32,000 nt of DNA from Candidatus Methanoperedens sp. (GCA_041494705.1 JBGQBI010000004.1:1-32000), one strand, 5' to 3'; positions 7,687-18,434 are shown, counted from the first letter of the stretch. Numbers and translations are program-made. The notes: a model not told the origin generated them from the sequence alone.

Positions 7687-8772
7687 TCAGGGGTGCATCT
7701 GGAACGGTACAGGTGTCAGGCAGAGAATCCCAAGAATAAATGCAATTACTCCCAGGGCTAGCCTTCCTTTCCCGAGTGGGATTTCATCATTAAGGGGTTT
7801 GGGGTGTCCTGCGGCTGCGAAAAACGACAGGAAAATACCCCATAATACCCATAAAAACCCATCGCGGTTCTGGAAATAAGTCAGGTAGAATCCAAGTGAA
7901 ATAAGTATAAACGGTATAATATTTGATACATACGAGGCTTTTTCACCGACCATGGCGCGAAGTACATGCCCGCCGTCAAGCTGCCCTGCCGGTATTAGAT
8001 TCAAAGCGGTCACGAACATCCCTACCCATCCTGCAAATGCAATCGGATGCAACGTCGTTGCATTGGCTGTCGGGATGAAGCGCGTTATGAATTCAAAAAG
8101 CAGCGGGATACCCAATTGAACCTGCAATGAGCCAGGATTTTGAGTGACCGGAGGCTGGAGAAGGCCTATTATGGTGACCACTACCGATACAAAAAGCCCG
8201 ATTAAGGGGCCGGAAACCCCGACATCGAACAGGGCTTTGCGGTTTGGGATCGGTCCGCTGTGCTTGATTACAGCGCCCATCGTGCCTATCATGTTCGGGA
8301 ACGGGATAAAATAAGGCAATGATGTGCGCATGCCATGCTTTTTCGCCGTTATGTAGTGTCCCGCCTCATGCGCCCCCAGTATGGTCATTATTGCAACAGT
8401 GAAAGGGATGCCTTTCAATACATCCCAGGGATTGTTTATCGGATCGGCTGCAAAAAGGAACGACCCCACGACCATTGTAGTAAGAACAGTAGCAAGAGCC
8501 AGTACGACATTTATCCATTTCCGCTCCCGGGCGGGTGTAAAAGGCGAGGCTATGAGGATGTGCTCGCCCAGCTCATACTTAAAGGTGAACTGGTAACCCT
8601 TTTCGGAAAAAGCCTGCCATAACTTTTGATAGATTATTCTCAGGTCTTCCTTCGGGATTCCAAAGAAATAGATATTGCCGTTCTCATGCTGGATATCATA
8701 TATGGAGAAAAACTGGCTGATTTTTCCAGCCAGTTCTTCATCTGCCTGTGACTTATGAAAGAGATTATTCAT
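7687..8772 (-). CDS. Site-2 protease family (M50) intramembrane zinc metalloprotease
   Basis: 361 aa with multiple TM segments, HEAGHY (HExxH) and the NLIPAGQLDGGH motif typical of M50/S2P. Confidence 0.85.
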   Translation of the reverse strand: MNNLFHKSQADEELAGKISQFFSIYDIQHENGNIYFFGIPKEDLRIIYQKLWQAFSEKGYQFTFKYELGEHILIASPFTPARERKWINVVLALATVLTTMVVGSFLFAADPINNPWDVLKGIPFTVAIMTILGAHEAGHYITAKKHGMRTSLPYFIPFPNMIGTMGAVIKHSGPIPNRKALFDVGVSGPLIGLFVSVVVTIIGLLQPPVTQNPGSLQVQLGIPLLFEFITRFIPTANATTLHPIAFAGWVGMFVTALNLIPAGQLDGGHVLRAMVGEKASYVSNIIPFILISLGFYLTYFQNRDGFLWVLWGIFLSFFAAAGHPKPLNDEIPLGKGRLALGVIAFILGILCLTPVPFQMHP

Positions 8773-8804
8773 TTCTTGTTTTCAAATTGATATTTATTAT
8801 ATAA

Positions 8805-9200
8805 TTACTTCTCAAACGGGATAAATTTTGTCCCATAATATATCATTCCCCTGTCGCTTTCTTCACCGAGTTTCCTGAATGCGGATTTTACCTTCATGCC
8901 AATATGAACCTCTGAAGGATCGCATATCACCTGTGAAGTAAGCCTGGGGCCTTCATCCAATTTTATTATGGCAAGTATGTATGGTGTAAGCATCGCATAA
9001 TCTTTTGCCGCACTGTGCACTATCGTAAATGTCACTACCTCTCCCATACCTTTGAACTTGAACGGGACTATCACTCCGTTCCTCCTGCATTTGGGACACA
9101 TGTTCCTTGGCGGATAATAAAACCCGCCGCATTTTTCGCAGTGCGTTCCGATGAGATTGTACAGGTTTTTTAGCCTTCTCCAGAATCTTGGAACCGACAT
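8805..9200 (-). CDS. DUF35 zinc-ribbon/OB-fold protein, scaffold of the archaeal thiolase/HMG-CoA synthase complex
   Basis: 131 aa with a CEKCG...CPKC zinc ribbon. Its ATG overlaps the thiolase stop (TAATG). The gene order HMGCS-thiolase-DUF35 matches the known archaeal operon. Confidence 0.85.
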   Translation of the reverse strand: MSVPRFWRRLKNLYNLIGTHCEKCGGFYYPPRNMCPKCRRNGVIVPFKFKGMGEVVTFTIVHSAAKDYAMLTPYILAIIKLDEGPRLTSQVICDPSEVHIGMKVKSAFRKLGEESDRGMIYYGTKFIPFEK

Positions 9201-10369
9201 TATCTATCCCTCCCGAATATATGGACTACAGCAGTGCCGCCCGACCCTCCCACATTATGGGTCAGGCCTATCTCGGCGCCGTCTATCTGTCGCTTGCCCG
9301 CTTCGCCTCTTAGCTGGAGTGTAATTTCCACGGCCTGTTTAACTCCGGTCGCCCCGACGGGATGACCGCATGCTTTTAATCCGCCCGATGGATTTATGGG
9401 AATCTTTCCCCCGATGGCGGTCAAACCTGATTCGGCAGCCTTCCCCCCTTCGCCTTTCTTCACAAAACCAAGGTCTTCAATAGCGCAAATCTCAGCTATT
9501 GTGAAACAATCATGCACTTCTGCAAAGTCGATGTCTTTCGGAGTGGTTTTTGCCATCTTGTAAGCCCAGTTCGCCGCGGCTACTGTCGCATCAATTGTGG
9601 TAATATCAGGTCTGTCATGAAGCGAGATGGTACCGCTTGCCTGCGCAGATGCCTTCACATATATCGGCGTATCCGTGAACTTATGGGCTATCTCAGCCGG
9701 GGCAAGAACCACGGCAGACCCACCATCCGTAATCGGCGAACAATCAAAGACCCGCAACGGGTCTGCCACCATGACAGAATTCAGGACTGTTTCTATCGAT
9801 ATTTCGTTCTGGAACTGGGCTTTCGGGTTCATGGTGCCGTTGTGATGATTCTTGACCGCAACTGCGGCGAGTTGTTCCTGTTTTGTCCCGTATTTATGCA
9901 TGTGCAGCCTGGCTATCATGGCATAAAGACCCGGGAATGTAGCGCCCATTATCCCTTCCCATTCCCTGTCGGCTGCGGCTGCAAGAGCGTCCGTGGTTGT
10001 TTCGACACCCACATCGGTCATTTTCTCGGCTCCTCCCGCAATTACAATATCATGGTAACCTGATGCCACTGCGATAATCCCCTGGCGAAGCGCAAGACCG
10101 CCCGAGGCGCAGGCCGCTTCCACGCGCGTTGAGGGAATATGCAGGCTTGCCAGCCCCGAATAATCGGCAATCAGCGCCCCAAGATGTTCCTGCTCTATAA
10201 ACCTGCCGCCGCTCATGTTACCTACATAGAGGGCATCGATTTTCCCGCCCTGGACATTGGCATCTTCTATTGCGCTCACCCCGGCTTCTACAAAAATTTC
10301 CCTGAATGATTTATCCCATAATTCGCCGAATTCCGTGCATCCGACTCCGATAATTGCTACATCTCTCAT
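9200..10369 (-). CDS. Acetoacetyl-CoA thiolase (acetyl-CoA C-acetyltransferase), archaeal type
   Basis: 389 aa with the thiolase fold signature ([24 protein letters not shown]) and the operon context. Confidence 0.9.
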   Translation of the reverse strand: MRDVAIIGVGCTEFGELWDKSFREIFVEAGVSAIEDANVQGGKIDALYVGNMSGGRFIEQEHLGALIADYSGLASLHIPSTRVEAACASGGLALRQGIIAVASGYHDIVIAGGAEKMTDVGVETTTDALAAAADREWEGIMGATFPGLYAMIARLHMHKYGTKQEQLAAVAVKNHHNGTMNPKAQFQNEISIETVLNSVMVADPLRVFDCSPITDGGSAVVLAPAEIAHKFTDTPIYVKASAQASGTISLHDRPDITTIDATVAAANWAYKMAKTTPKDIDFAEVHDCFTIAEICAIEDLGFVKKGEGGKAAESGLTAIGGKIPINPSGGLKACGHPVGATGVKQAVEITLQLRGEAGKRQIDGAEIGLTHNVGGSGGTAVVHIFGRDR

Positions 10370-10378
10370 GTAATCACC

Positions 10379-11419
10379 TTATAATTTGATTTTCCCTTTA
10401 TGTCTCGCATAGGTCGCATAATTTATATACACAGGATTTGCCAGTAATTTTTCAACACTGGGCGCACCATTGCGTATTTCTTCAATTTTATCAGTCACTT
10501 CAAAGCTGAAAGCGTCGCTTCCTGCGCCTGAACCGAACGATGTCATGAATATACGGTCTTCCGGTTTGGCAATATCAAGGGTTGCAGCCAGCCCCATCAT
10601 GCATGAGCCGGAATACGTATTCCCGAGGCGCGGTACCACAAGACCGGGTTTAATCTGCTCATTTGTGAAACCAAGCATTTTCGCCACTCGTGCCGGGAAT
10701 TTTCCGTTTGGCTGGTGGAATACGGCATAATCGTAGTCAGTGGGTTTTGTGCCCATCCTTTCCATAAGACCCTGGGCTGCAGACGTGACATGTTTAAAAT
10801 ACCCGGGCTCGCCCGTGAACCGCCCGCCGTGCTCAGGATACGGCATTCCCTCCCTCCTCCAGAAATCAGGAGTGTCTGTGGTGAACGAATATGTTGATTC
10901 GATTTTTGCAACCTGGTTCTTTTTTCCTATGATATATGCAACTCCGCCCGCTGCTGCCGTATATTCAAGCGCGTCGCCTGGCGCTCCCTGCGAAACATCA
11001 GAGCCAATCGCCATGCCGAGTTCAATCATATCCGAATCTACCATGCCCATACACGTCTGGATGGCAGCCGTACCTGCCTTGCAGGCAAACTCAAAATCCG
11101 CCACTGTCAGGTTGGGTGTTGCTCCCACTGCCTCAGCCACAACCGTGCTTGATGGTTTTACGGCATAAGGGTGGCTTTCCGACCCCGTGTAAATAGCCTC
11201 GATTTTTTCGGGATTTATCCCGGCGCGATTGATCGCATAACGTGCGGCCTCCACCGCGATTGTTATCGTATCCTCATCCATGTCGGGGACTGATTTTTCA
11301 TAAACCATAAGCCCGTCAATGATACTGTTTGCATTTGCACCCCATACTTTAGCTATTTCCTCAACCTTGATCCTGTAACGGGGTATGTAAACACCATATG
11401 AAACAATTCCAACACTCAT
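10379..11419 (-). CDS. Hydroxymethylglutaryl-CoA synthase (archaeal)
   Basis: 346 aa. It starts [17 protein letters not shown], has FACKAGT around the active-site Cys, and lies 9 nt upstream of the thiolase. Confidence 0.9.
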   Translation of the reverse strand: MSVGIVSYGVYIPRYRIKVEEIAKVWGANANSIIDGLMVYEKSVPDMDEDTITIAVEAARYAINRAGINPEKIEAIYTGSESHPYAVKPSSTVVAEAVGATPNLTVADFEFACKAGTAAIQTCMGMVDSDMIELGMAIGSDVSQGAPGDALEYTAAAGGVAYIIGKKNQVAKIESTYSFTTDTPDFWRREGMPYPEHGGRFTGEPGYFKHVTSAAQGLMERMGTKPTDYDYAVFHQPNGKFPARVAKMLGFTNEQIKPGLVVPRLGNTYSGSCMMGLAATLDIAKPEDRIFMTSFGSGAGSDAFSFEVTDKIEEIRNGAPSVEKLLANPVYINYATYARHKGKIKL

Positions 11420-11453
11420 TTTTCCACCTCAATTTGTATTTTAAAATAGGATA

Positions 11454-12254
11454 TTAATGTTTTAAATCGTGCGATTGAAGCGCACGAATCAGGTCTGTCA
11501 TTGGCATGACAGTAGCGATGAGCGGTATGTGTTCGATTTCTGCTATTTTTGCTGCTATCTTGTCGACCTGCGATGCCGAGATGCCGTGGATTACAACCAG
11601 AGCGGGTTTCAAATTGGTTACTCTCAGGGCTACCATTGGCGATCTGCCGGTTGAAACCTCGGTATATATCATTGCCCTTTCTGAACTCCAGCCATACAGC
11701 TTTTGAAACTCGTTGTAAGAAAGCTGAAGAATTGCCCGTAAGCTGTTGATAATGGTGTATCCGTACAACGGTTTTATAAATTCGCTGCCAGGGCTGTACA
11801 CCACTTCCCCGTTCACCAGTTTTGTTATTTCCTCCACGGTGATAGGCGAAAGGTACTCATGAATATCATAAATCGCGTCTGCGCTGAAACCTCCTCGCAA
11901 CATCCCTTCGTAGGAACGGATTTTCGCTCCACCCTTTGCGGCGTCCATTTCGATGATCGCCTCAACAATCTTGCTCACTATGAAAATACCAGGCGATTTT
12001 CGCCTGCCGCTTTCGTAATCACTTATCACGGAAGGAGATACTTTCAGGAAAGAGGCAAGGTCGGTTTGTGAAATCTCAAAATTAGCGCGCCATTTTTTTA
12101 ATGTTTCTCCGGGATTATCTGATAGTGTAATCTCACCTGCCATTTTTTCTGCAAGTTTATTTCGCAAATCCTGGTCAGAACCATTGAGGGAGGGATTATT
12201 GATACCAGAAGTAAGAGAGACAGGCGACGAAGCAACAGCTGCTTTTTCGGTCAT
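11454..12254 (-). CDS. XRE-type helix-turn-helix transcriptional regulator with an uncharacterised C-terminal domain
   Basis: HTH block LKKWRANFEISQTDLASFLKVSPSVISDYESGRRKSP. I prefer the ATG at 12254 (MTEKAAV) to the alternative-codon start at 12311 in the track. Confidence 0.65.
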   Translation of the reverse strand: MTEKAAVASSPVSLTSGINNPSLNGSDQDLRNKLAEKMAGEITLSDNPGETLKKWRANFEISQTDLASFLKVSPSVISDYESGRRKSPGIFIVSKIVEAIIEMDAAKGGAKIRSYEGMLRGGFSADAIYDIHEYLSPITVEEITKLVNGEVVYSPGSEFIKPLYGYTIINSLRAILQLSYNEFQKLYGWSSERAMIYTEVSTGRSPMVALRVTNLKPALVVIHGISASQVDKIAAKIAEIEHIPLIATVMPMTDLIRALQSHDLKH

Positions 12255-12335
12255 GTTAAAGCGAGGTAACGATTTGAAGGCATATAAAACTAACGAAGGG
12301 TACTTCGTCAAATAACGAAGTAGACTTTTTTAAAT

Positions 12336-13580
12336 TCAAACCACTTCCCTCGGGTCAGTAATCTCCCCTCTCAGCGCGCTTGCCGCCGCCGTTTCGGGCG
12401 ATGAGAGATAAATAAGTCCTCCTGCGCCCATCCTGCCCTTGAAATTCCTGTTCGAGGTGGAAAGGCATGTCTCGCCCTCGCATATCACACCCATGTGCGC
12501 CCCAAGGCAGGGACCGCAGCCCGGCGGGGCAATAATAACGCCAGCTTTCAAAAGCGCGGCTATTATGCCTGATTCCGTGGCTTTAATCAGCACAGAACGT
12601 GAAGCAGGCAGCACAATTGTCCTGACTTTTACCTTCTTGCCGCGCAGGATATTTGCAACAACCTCCAGATCCTCATAACGCCCATTAGTGCATGAGCCTA
12701 TGAAAACCTGGTCAATCGGTGTGCCAACAACAGCTCCGATGCCTGATACATTATCAACTTCATGCGGCTTTGAAACCTGCGGCTCGATGTCACCAGCATC
12801 GAAATCATATTCCTCGCAGTATTCCGCATCCTTATCCGCATACACCGGCGTGTATTTTTCCCTGGCTCTTCCCTTCAGGTATTCGAAGGTTTTGTCATCT
12901 GGCGGTACGATGCCCGCTTTGGCTCCCATCTCGATAGCCATGTTGCACAGCGTCATGCGCTCTGCCATTGATAGTTCGCTTATAGTCTCGCCGTAATATT
13001 CAATTGCTTTGTAATTTGCCCCGTCTGCGCCCATATTTTTTATGATGTAAAGGGTCAGGTCTTTTGCAGATACGCCTCTTGCGAGTTTTCCTTTCACGGT
13101 TATCTTTATGGTTTTCGGGATGCGAAGCCACAGTTTCCCGGTTGCGAAAATCTCAGCCATATCAGTTGCGCCTACTCCGGTCGCGAACGCCCCGAAGGCG
13201 CCGTAAGTGCATGAGTGCGAATCCGCTCCGATTATGAGTTTTCCTGGCATGGCAAACCCCTGCTCAGGCAATACCTGGTGGCATATCCCTTCCCCGACAT
13301 CGAAGAAATTGGTAATTCCCTGCTCTTTTATCCAGTTCCTGATATTTTGCTGTAATTTTGCCGCAGTTTCGTTGTTGGCAGGCGCAATATGGTCAAACGG
13401 TATTATTATCCGCGCCGGGTCCCAGACCTTCATTGCGCCCATCTCCCGAAATGCCCGGACGGCGAGCACGCTTGTCCCGTCGTGCGCCATTGCATAATCG
13501 ATATTTGCCACGACAAAATCATCCGCTGATGCAGGTTTGCCGCATGCGCGGCTGAGTATTTTTTCACTTATTGTCGCCAT
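12336..13580 (-). CDS. Aconitase-family dehydratase large subunit (3-isopropylmalate dehydratase LeuC or methanogen homoaconitase HacA type)
   Basis: About 414 aa from the ATG at 13580 (MATISEKIL). Aconitase blocks are [25 protein letters not shown] and the Cys ligand region GCGPCLG. No small-subunit gene is adjacent. Confidence 0.85.
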   Translation of the reverse strand: MATISEKILSRACGKPASADDFVVANIDYAMAHDGTSVLAVRAFREMGAMKVWDPARIIIPFDHIAPANNETAAKLQQNIRNWIKEQGITNFFDVGEGICHQVLPEQGFAMPGKLIIGADSHSCTYGAFGAFATGVGATDMAEIFATGKLWLRIPKTIKITVKGKLARGVSAKDLTLYIIKNMGADGANYKAIEYYGETISELSMAERMTLCNMAIEMGAKAGIVPPDDKTFEYLKGRAREKYTPVYADKDAEYCEEYDFDAGDIEPQVSKPHEVDNVSGIGAVVGTPIDQVFIGSCTNGRYEDLEVVANILRGKKVKVRTIVLPASRSVLIKATESGIIAALLKAGVIIAPPGCGPCLGAHMGVICEGETCLSTSNRNFKGRMGAGGLIYLSSPETAAASALRGEITDPREVV

Positions 13581-13679
13581 CTTTAGGATTATAGGGTTTT
13601 TAAAAATAAAAAGGTATTTGCACATGTTTGAACTAGGTCATGACCAAGTTTTATTATTAATTAACCCTTCCATAAACCC

Positions 13680-14567
13680 ATGAAAATACTGGTCGCAGAA
13701 TATGCCGTGGGAGTAGGCGTGGATGAATTCATGCTCGAAGGAAAAGCCATGCTCGGCACACTTGTACGAAGTTTTGTTTCATGTGGTCATGAAGTCTGCT
13801 ATCCCACATCCGGCGTGCGGCTTGATGCCGGGGAGGCTGTCATTTCGGGGGGGTTTGAAGATACACTTGAAAAATTATCCATGAAGTGCGATGCTGCTCT
13901 TGTTATAGCGCCTGATGAGATGCTCGGTGACATGACAGCGATAATCGAAGAAAACACGGTAAATCTTGGATGTCCGTCCGGTTCTGTGCGCATGTGCGCC
14001 GACAAACTTGAATGCACGCGCGCCCTTCTGCGGGCAAAAATACCCGTGCCTGAAACCATAGGAAGCGGGGAATATGAGGGTGATTTCGTTATAAAGCCCA
14101 GGTCTGGCTGCGCTTCCGAAGGAATATATAGAAGCAGGAGCGGCAGGTTAAAAGACGGTTTTATCGCCACAAGGTTTGTTGATGGTGAACATCTTAGCGC
14201 AAGCATAATAACAGGCAAGACACAGCTTCCTCTCACTGTCAACAGGCAGTTGATTGAAATAGGCGGGAACATTTCATATAAAGGCGGCACTGTGCCGTAT
14301 TACTGCGACAGGAATAACGAGATTATCGAGGTCGCCAAAAAAACAACAAAAGTCCTGGGATGCCGCGGCTATACCGGGGTTGATATCGTGCTTGGGGATA
14401 AGCCGTATGTCGTTGATGTGAACCCAAGACCCACGACTTCCATCATCGCAATTGCAAGAGTGCTGAATGTCGAGATATCTGACTTGATTTTAAAATCAAG
14501 CTTTGGTGAACTTCCGGGAGAAGTAAGCGTAAATGGCAGTTTCACTTTTAAAAAAGATAGTTTATAG
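13680..14567 (+). CDS. ATP-grasp family ligase (possibly MfnD-like tyramine-glutamate ligase)
   Basis: 295 aa. The MKILVAEYAVGVG N-terminus and the size resemble the archaeal COG1821 ATP-grasp group. The specific MfnD assignment is from memory only. Confidence 0.6.
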   Translation: MKILVAEYAVGVGVDEFMLEGKAMLGTLVRSFVSCGHEVCYPTSGVRLDAGEAVISGGFEDTLEKLSMKCDAALVIAPDEMLGDMTAIIEENTVNLGCPSGSVRMCADKLECTRALLRAKIPVPETIGSGEYEGDFVIKPRSGCASEGIYRSRSGRLKDGFIATRFVDGEHLSASIITGKTQLPLTVNRQLIEIGGNISYKGGTVPYYCDRNNEIIEVAKKTTKVLGCRGYTGVDIVLGDKPYVVDVNPRPTTSIIAIARVLNVEISDLILKSSFGELPGEVSVNGSFTFKKDSL

Positions 14568-14626
14568 CATGGTTTTAAATTTACATAATTTTTTGCATGT
14601 CATTTAAGCAATTTTCGGACGGGATA

Positions 14627-14678
14627 ACAGGATTGACAGGATAAATATACAAAATCCAGTTCATCCTGTTAATCCTGT
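14627..14678. terminator. 16-bp-stem hairpin between convergent genes, with arms built from ACAGGAT heptamers
   Basis: acaggattgacaggat (14627-14642) pairs with atcctgttaatcctgt (14663-14678), with one G.T wobble and a 20-nt loop. It is followed by ttttt at 14683-14687. Confidence 0.55.
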
Positions 14679-14686
14679 CAGATTTT

Positions 14687-15769
14687 TCAGTTTTTTACGT
14701 TATTTTGAACTTGACCATAGCCGGTCTTTAGCGCACCCCATAAATAAAATGCCCCCAGCACTGTATTAAACCAGTATGATACCAGCCGATACAGCAATGT
14801 TGCAAGCAATGCCATTTCAAGAGGGACACCGCCGATATTAAAAAGAACCGCCATAGTTCCGTCCACTATCCCAAGACCCCCGGGCAGGAAAAGAGGGAGC
14901 CATCCGCTTATCATCGCGATGGTGTAGGTTATGATAAGTATGCTGATATGGATATTCGTTTCACCTATTGAAAGAAATATTATATATATTGCCAGAATAT
15001 CAAATATCCATCCGAAATATGAGAACAATATAGCTTTTCCAAGCCCGTATTTGTTATGGCTGATGTTCTTAAGACCACCATGGAAAGAATCAATCGATTC
15101 CTCTACGGCTGCGGTATACGCCTTGTGGTCGAAACCCTTTTTCATCAATCCTATGAATGGAGCAAAAAAACGGATGGCTGATTGGACAAATGAAGAGAGT
15201 TTGTCCTTCCTCAGATAGAAATAGATGATAAGGCCGAACGCGAAAACAGCAAGCCCGATAGAGAACAGCATTGCGACTATTTGCCATGTTGCAAGCTGGA
15301 AATTCCTGGGTTTTGAAAATAAGAGCCACATACCTATCATCCCGATTGTAAAAAAAGGGAACATGTTAAGCATCCTCTGCGACACCACGCCTGCAAAACA
15401 TTCAGCTTTGCTGATGCCGGTCTCCTTCCCGAGAAGCATCGCTTTTACCGGTTCTCCTCCAGTCCCGAATGTCGGGGTTATATTGTTGATAAATGTCCCT
15501 GCCATAAAGAACTTGAATAATTTATGCAGGCTGATATCCGCAGGGGTCAGTACCTTCCATGTGACCGTGTATGAGATAAGATTCAATAAGTTGAGAAAAA
15601 CTGCAAGCAGGATGAGTGGTTTGTTGACGTTTCCCATTAAAACCAGGAATTTCCCGAACCCTATCTCGTGCGTGAAAACAGCAAAAACGACCGCTCCGAT
15701 TATAACCACATACCAGATATTTCTTGCTCTAAAACGTTCCATGAAATCTCTCGATACTTGCGCTGACAA
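14687..15769 (-). CDS. Flippase-like / lysylphosphatidylglycerol-synthase TM-region (UPF0104) membrane protein
   Basis: 360 aa and polytopic, with a TPTFGTGGEPVKAML motif typical of UPF0104. Confidence 0.7.
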   Translation of the reverse strand: MSAQVSRDFMERFRARNIWYVVIIGAVVFAVFTHEIGFGKFLVLMGNVNKPLILLAVFLNLLNLISYTVTWKVLTPADISLHKLFKFFMAGTFINNITPTFGTGGEPVKAMLLGKETGISKAECFAGVVSQRMLNMFPFFTIGMIGMWLLFSKPRNFQLATWQIVAMLFSIGLAVFAFGLIIYFYLRKDKLSSFVQSAIRFFAPFIGLMKKGFDHKAYTAAVEESIDSFHGGLKNISHNKYGLGKAILFSYFGWIFDILAIYIIFLSIGETNIHISILIITYTIAMISGWLPLFLPGGLGIVDGTMAVLFNIGGVPLEMALLATLLYRLVSYWFNTVLGAFYLWGALKTGYGQVQNNVKN

Positions 15770-15860
15770 TAAATATAATTGCTGGTTGTTTAAAAATGGT
15801 TAAAAGACCGCAAGACTTTTTAATTTCTTCTGGGTAAATGAATCCAGGTACGGATAATCG

Positions 15861-15927
15861 ACCACAGAGCACACAGAGAGCACAGAGAGTTGCCGTTTTT
15901 CTCAGTGTCCTCTGTGCTCTCTGTGGT
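15861..15927. repeat. Composite palindrome of the CACAGAG family in a divergent intergenic region
   Basis: accacagagcacacagagagcacagagag (15861-15889) faces ctcagtgtcctctgtgctctctgtggt (15901-15927). The left arm has three cacagag units at a 9-nt period. Confidence 0.6.
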
Positions 15928-16043
15928 TTATCAAATCGGAAAATAAATAAAAAGTCTCAAGACAGCAGCCAAATTATTTAAATAGCTATAAGTAATCTAA
16001 TTAATGCCTCTGAATTTCAAGTTCTAGAGGCAGAAGGGTACAA

Positions 16044-16376
16044 ATGGCAAATTCAATGAGTGAAGATGCATTATTTAAAGCATTATTAAAGAACAAACCA
16101 CCACAGCAGCAAATAAAAAAGCCTCCAGCCGCACCACAACCCGTGCCAAAAAAAGAGACTTTCCAGGCTGCAGCACCGCCTGCTGAAATTCACGAAATGG
16201 AAACACCGGTTATTGAAACACAGCCTGTTAAATCTCACGATACCGACCAGGTTGTAGAGTCTATTAAAAACCTGACATCAAGCGTGAATATGATGTACGG
16301 GCTGATGAAGACCGTAATCACCCCGGTGCTCGTGCTGATTCTGATTATCGGGGTTGCTATACTCGTGAGAAGGTAA
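16044..16376 (+). CDS. Small proline-rich protein with a single C-terminal TM helix (hypothetical)
   Basis: 110 aa with an ATG start. It has a PPQQQIKKPPAAPQPVP region and ends in VITPVLVLILIIGVAILVRR. No homology is recognised. Confidence 0.4.
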   Translation: MANSMSEDALFKALLKNKPPQQQIKKPPAAPQPVPKKETFQAAAPPAEIHEMETPVIETQPVKSHDTDQVVESIKNLTSSVNMMYGLMKTVITPVLVLILIIGVAILVRR

Positions 16377-16390
16377 GAAAATAAGGAAAT

Positions 16391-17017
16391 TCATATACCA
16401 GAATATTGGGATGCCATCAAAAGCGACATCTTGATCTGCTCATTGGCATCTTTTATTACTATATCCCCATGACCCGGGTACATGACGCTGACATCAAGTT
16501 GTGTGAGCTTTTTTATGGATTCAATCAACTTTGATGCGTTTCCTCCATAAAGGTCGGTGCGCCCGAAACTCCCATCCTGGAACACCGTGTCACCTGAAAA
16601 AAGGCTTTTTGAGCCCGCATCGTAGAGGCAGATGCCGCCGGGTGTATGGCCGGGCGTATGGATGACCAGAAGCCCTCCGAGAAGCTCTCCGCCCTTTAAG
16701 AGAATATCCGGAAAAACCCCCGGGGCTTTCATCCCGAATAACTCTGAGGCGCTTGCGCGTGCATTCTGGAGGAGAGGCGCATCGTCTTTGTGGATTGCTA
16801 TCCTGGCCCCGGTGGCTTCCGCAACAACTCCGGCACCGCCTGAATGGTCATAGTGGCAGTGGGTGAGTATGATGGTTTCAAGGTCATCGGGATGTATATA
16901 TTTCCTTAATTCCGAGATGATCAATTCTCCGTCCATTCCCGCATCGACGAGGATAGTTCCATCCACAAGGTATGCATTTGCATCATCGAAAGAACCTGCC
17001 AGTTTAGTAACCTGCAT
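16391..17017 (-). CDS. MBL-fold metallo-hydrolase (glyoxalase II-like)
   Basis: THCHYDHSGG metal motif. The start is assigned to the ATG at 17017 because GGAGG lies 7 nt upstream (ataggaggatttatATG). Confidence 0.85.
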   Translation of the reverse strand: MQVTKLAGSFDDANAYLVDGTILVDAGMDGELIISELRKYIHPDDLETIILTHCHYDHSGGAGVVAEATGARIAIHKDDAPLLQNARASASELFGMKAPGVFPDILLKGGELLGGLLVIHTPGHTPGGICLYDAGSKSLFSGDTVFQDGSFGRTDLYGGNASKLIESIKKLTQLDVSVMYPGHGDIVIKDANEQIKMSLLMASQYSGI

Positions 17018-17096
17018 ATAAATCCTCCTATACTCCGGATTCATTTAAAAGTTTCCTAAATCTAATTAAGTATCCACATACAATTGAGTATCAACC

Positions 17097-18434
17097 ATGC
17101 CCGACCTCGTAATCAAGAACGCCCGGATTTTCATCAGCGATACCATCCAGCCTGCGGAAATAGCTGTGGACAGCGGGAAAATAACAAAAATCGGGAAAAT
17201 AGTGGGCACTGAAGAAGTCAACCAGGTAATCGACGCAAAAGGCGCGCTTGTACTGCCTGGCGCAATTGATGTTCATGTTCATTTCCGCGACCCCGGTATG
17301 ACAAAAAAAGAAAACTGGTACACAGGCTCATGCGCTGCGGCAGCGGGCGGAGTCACCACCGTAATCGACCATCCCAACACGATTCCCCCCACGATAGACG
17401 CCGATTCTTTTAAGAAAAAGAAAAAAGAAGCGAAAAAATCCATAATCGATTACGGGATCAATGCCGGCGTCACTGCCAATCTGGAATCCCTTAAATGTCT
17501 CTGGGAACTCGGAGCCACAGCCTTCGGCGAGATATTCATGGCAGAATCGACTGGTTCCCTCAATGTGAACGACAGGATACTGAAAGAAGCCCTCCCGCTT
17601 ATTGGAAAACTGGACGCGGTTGCATGTATCCATGCAGAGGATGAGGAGACAAGAAAGAAATATGTTCATTTACTGAAGGGGAACCTCGCTCCTGAATCAT
17701 ACTCAAAATCGCGCCCCCCGTTATCTGAAAAAATAGCAGTGGAAAAAGCGATAAAGCTTGGCGGGGATACAAAGCTTCATTTCTGCCACATAAGCGCCCA
17801 TGAAAGCCTTGAAACCATAAGAAAAGCAAAAGCTGAAAATAGAAACATAACGTGCGAAGTGGCGCCGCATCATCTGTTCCTGACCGCAAAGGATTACAGG
17901 CGCCTGGGGACGCTTGGGAAAATGAACCCGCCGCTTCGTGATTACCAGTCTCAGCAAAGCCTCTGGAAAGGTTTAAACGACGGCGCTATCGATATTATCG
18001 CCTCAGACCATGCGCCGCATCTTGAGGCTGAGAAAATGACAGATATCTGGTCTGCGCCTGCCGGCGTGCCGGGCGTTGAAACCATGATGCCCCTTCTGTT
18101 GATGGCGGTCAAACGTAATCTCCTCACCCTTAAACGATTGATTGAGGTCACAAGCCAAAATCCGGCACGGATTTTTAATCTCGGGAAAGGGGTTCTTGCC
18201 CCAGGCTATGACGCCGACTTTTTGATTGTGGGCGAAATGCGGGAAATCCGAGCGGAAAAACTGCACAGCAAGGCAGGATGGACCCCCTTTGGCGGTATGG
18301 ATGGAATATTTCCGAAAATGACCCTTTCAAGGGGAGAAGTGGTTTCGGAAGATGGTGAGATTATCGGAAAAAGAGGACGCGGCAGGTTCATTCCTGGACC
18401 TGGGTTAGTTACCAAAAGTGAATCTGATGAGTGA
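17097..18434 (+). CDS. pyrC: Dihydroorotase
   Basis: 445 aa with the amidohydrolase signature DVHVHFRDPG, ASDHAPH and the overall PyrC layout. Confidence 0.88.
   Translation: MPDLVIKNARIFISDTIQPAEIAVDSGKITKIGKIVGTEEVNQVIDAKGALVLPGAIDVHVHFRDPGMTKKENWYTGSCAAAAGGVTTVIDHPNTIPPTIDADSFKKKKKEAKKSIIDYGINAGVTANLESLKCLWELGATAFGEIFMAESTGSLNVNDRILKEALPLIGKLDAVACIHAEDEETRKKYVHLLKGNLAPESYSKSRPPLSEKIAVEKAIKLGGDTKLHFCHISAHESLETIRKAKAENRNITCEVAPHHLFLTAKDYRRLGTLGKMNPPLRDYQSQQSLWKGLNDGAIDIIASDHAPHLEAEKMTDIWSAPAGVPGVETMMPLLLMAVKRNLLTLKRLIEVTSQNPARIFNLGKGVLAPGYDADFLIVGEMREIRAEKLHSKAGWTPFGGMDGIFPKMTLSRGEVVSEDGEIIGKRGRGRFIPGPGLVTKSESDE

Noticed and set aside
13636-13645. Perfect 10-bp palindrome ggtcatgacc in the divergent promoter region between the dehydratase and ATP-grasp genes
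   Set aside because: It is too short to be significant alone, and no second copy or known operator consensus was recognised.
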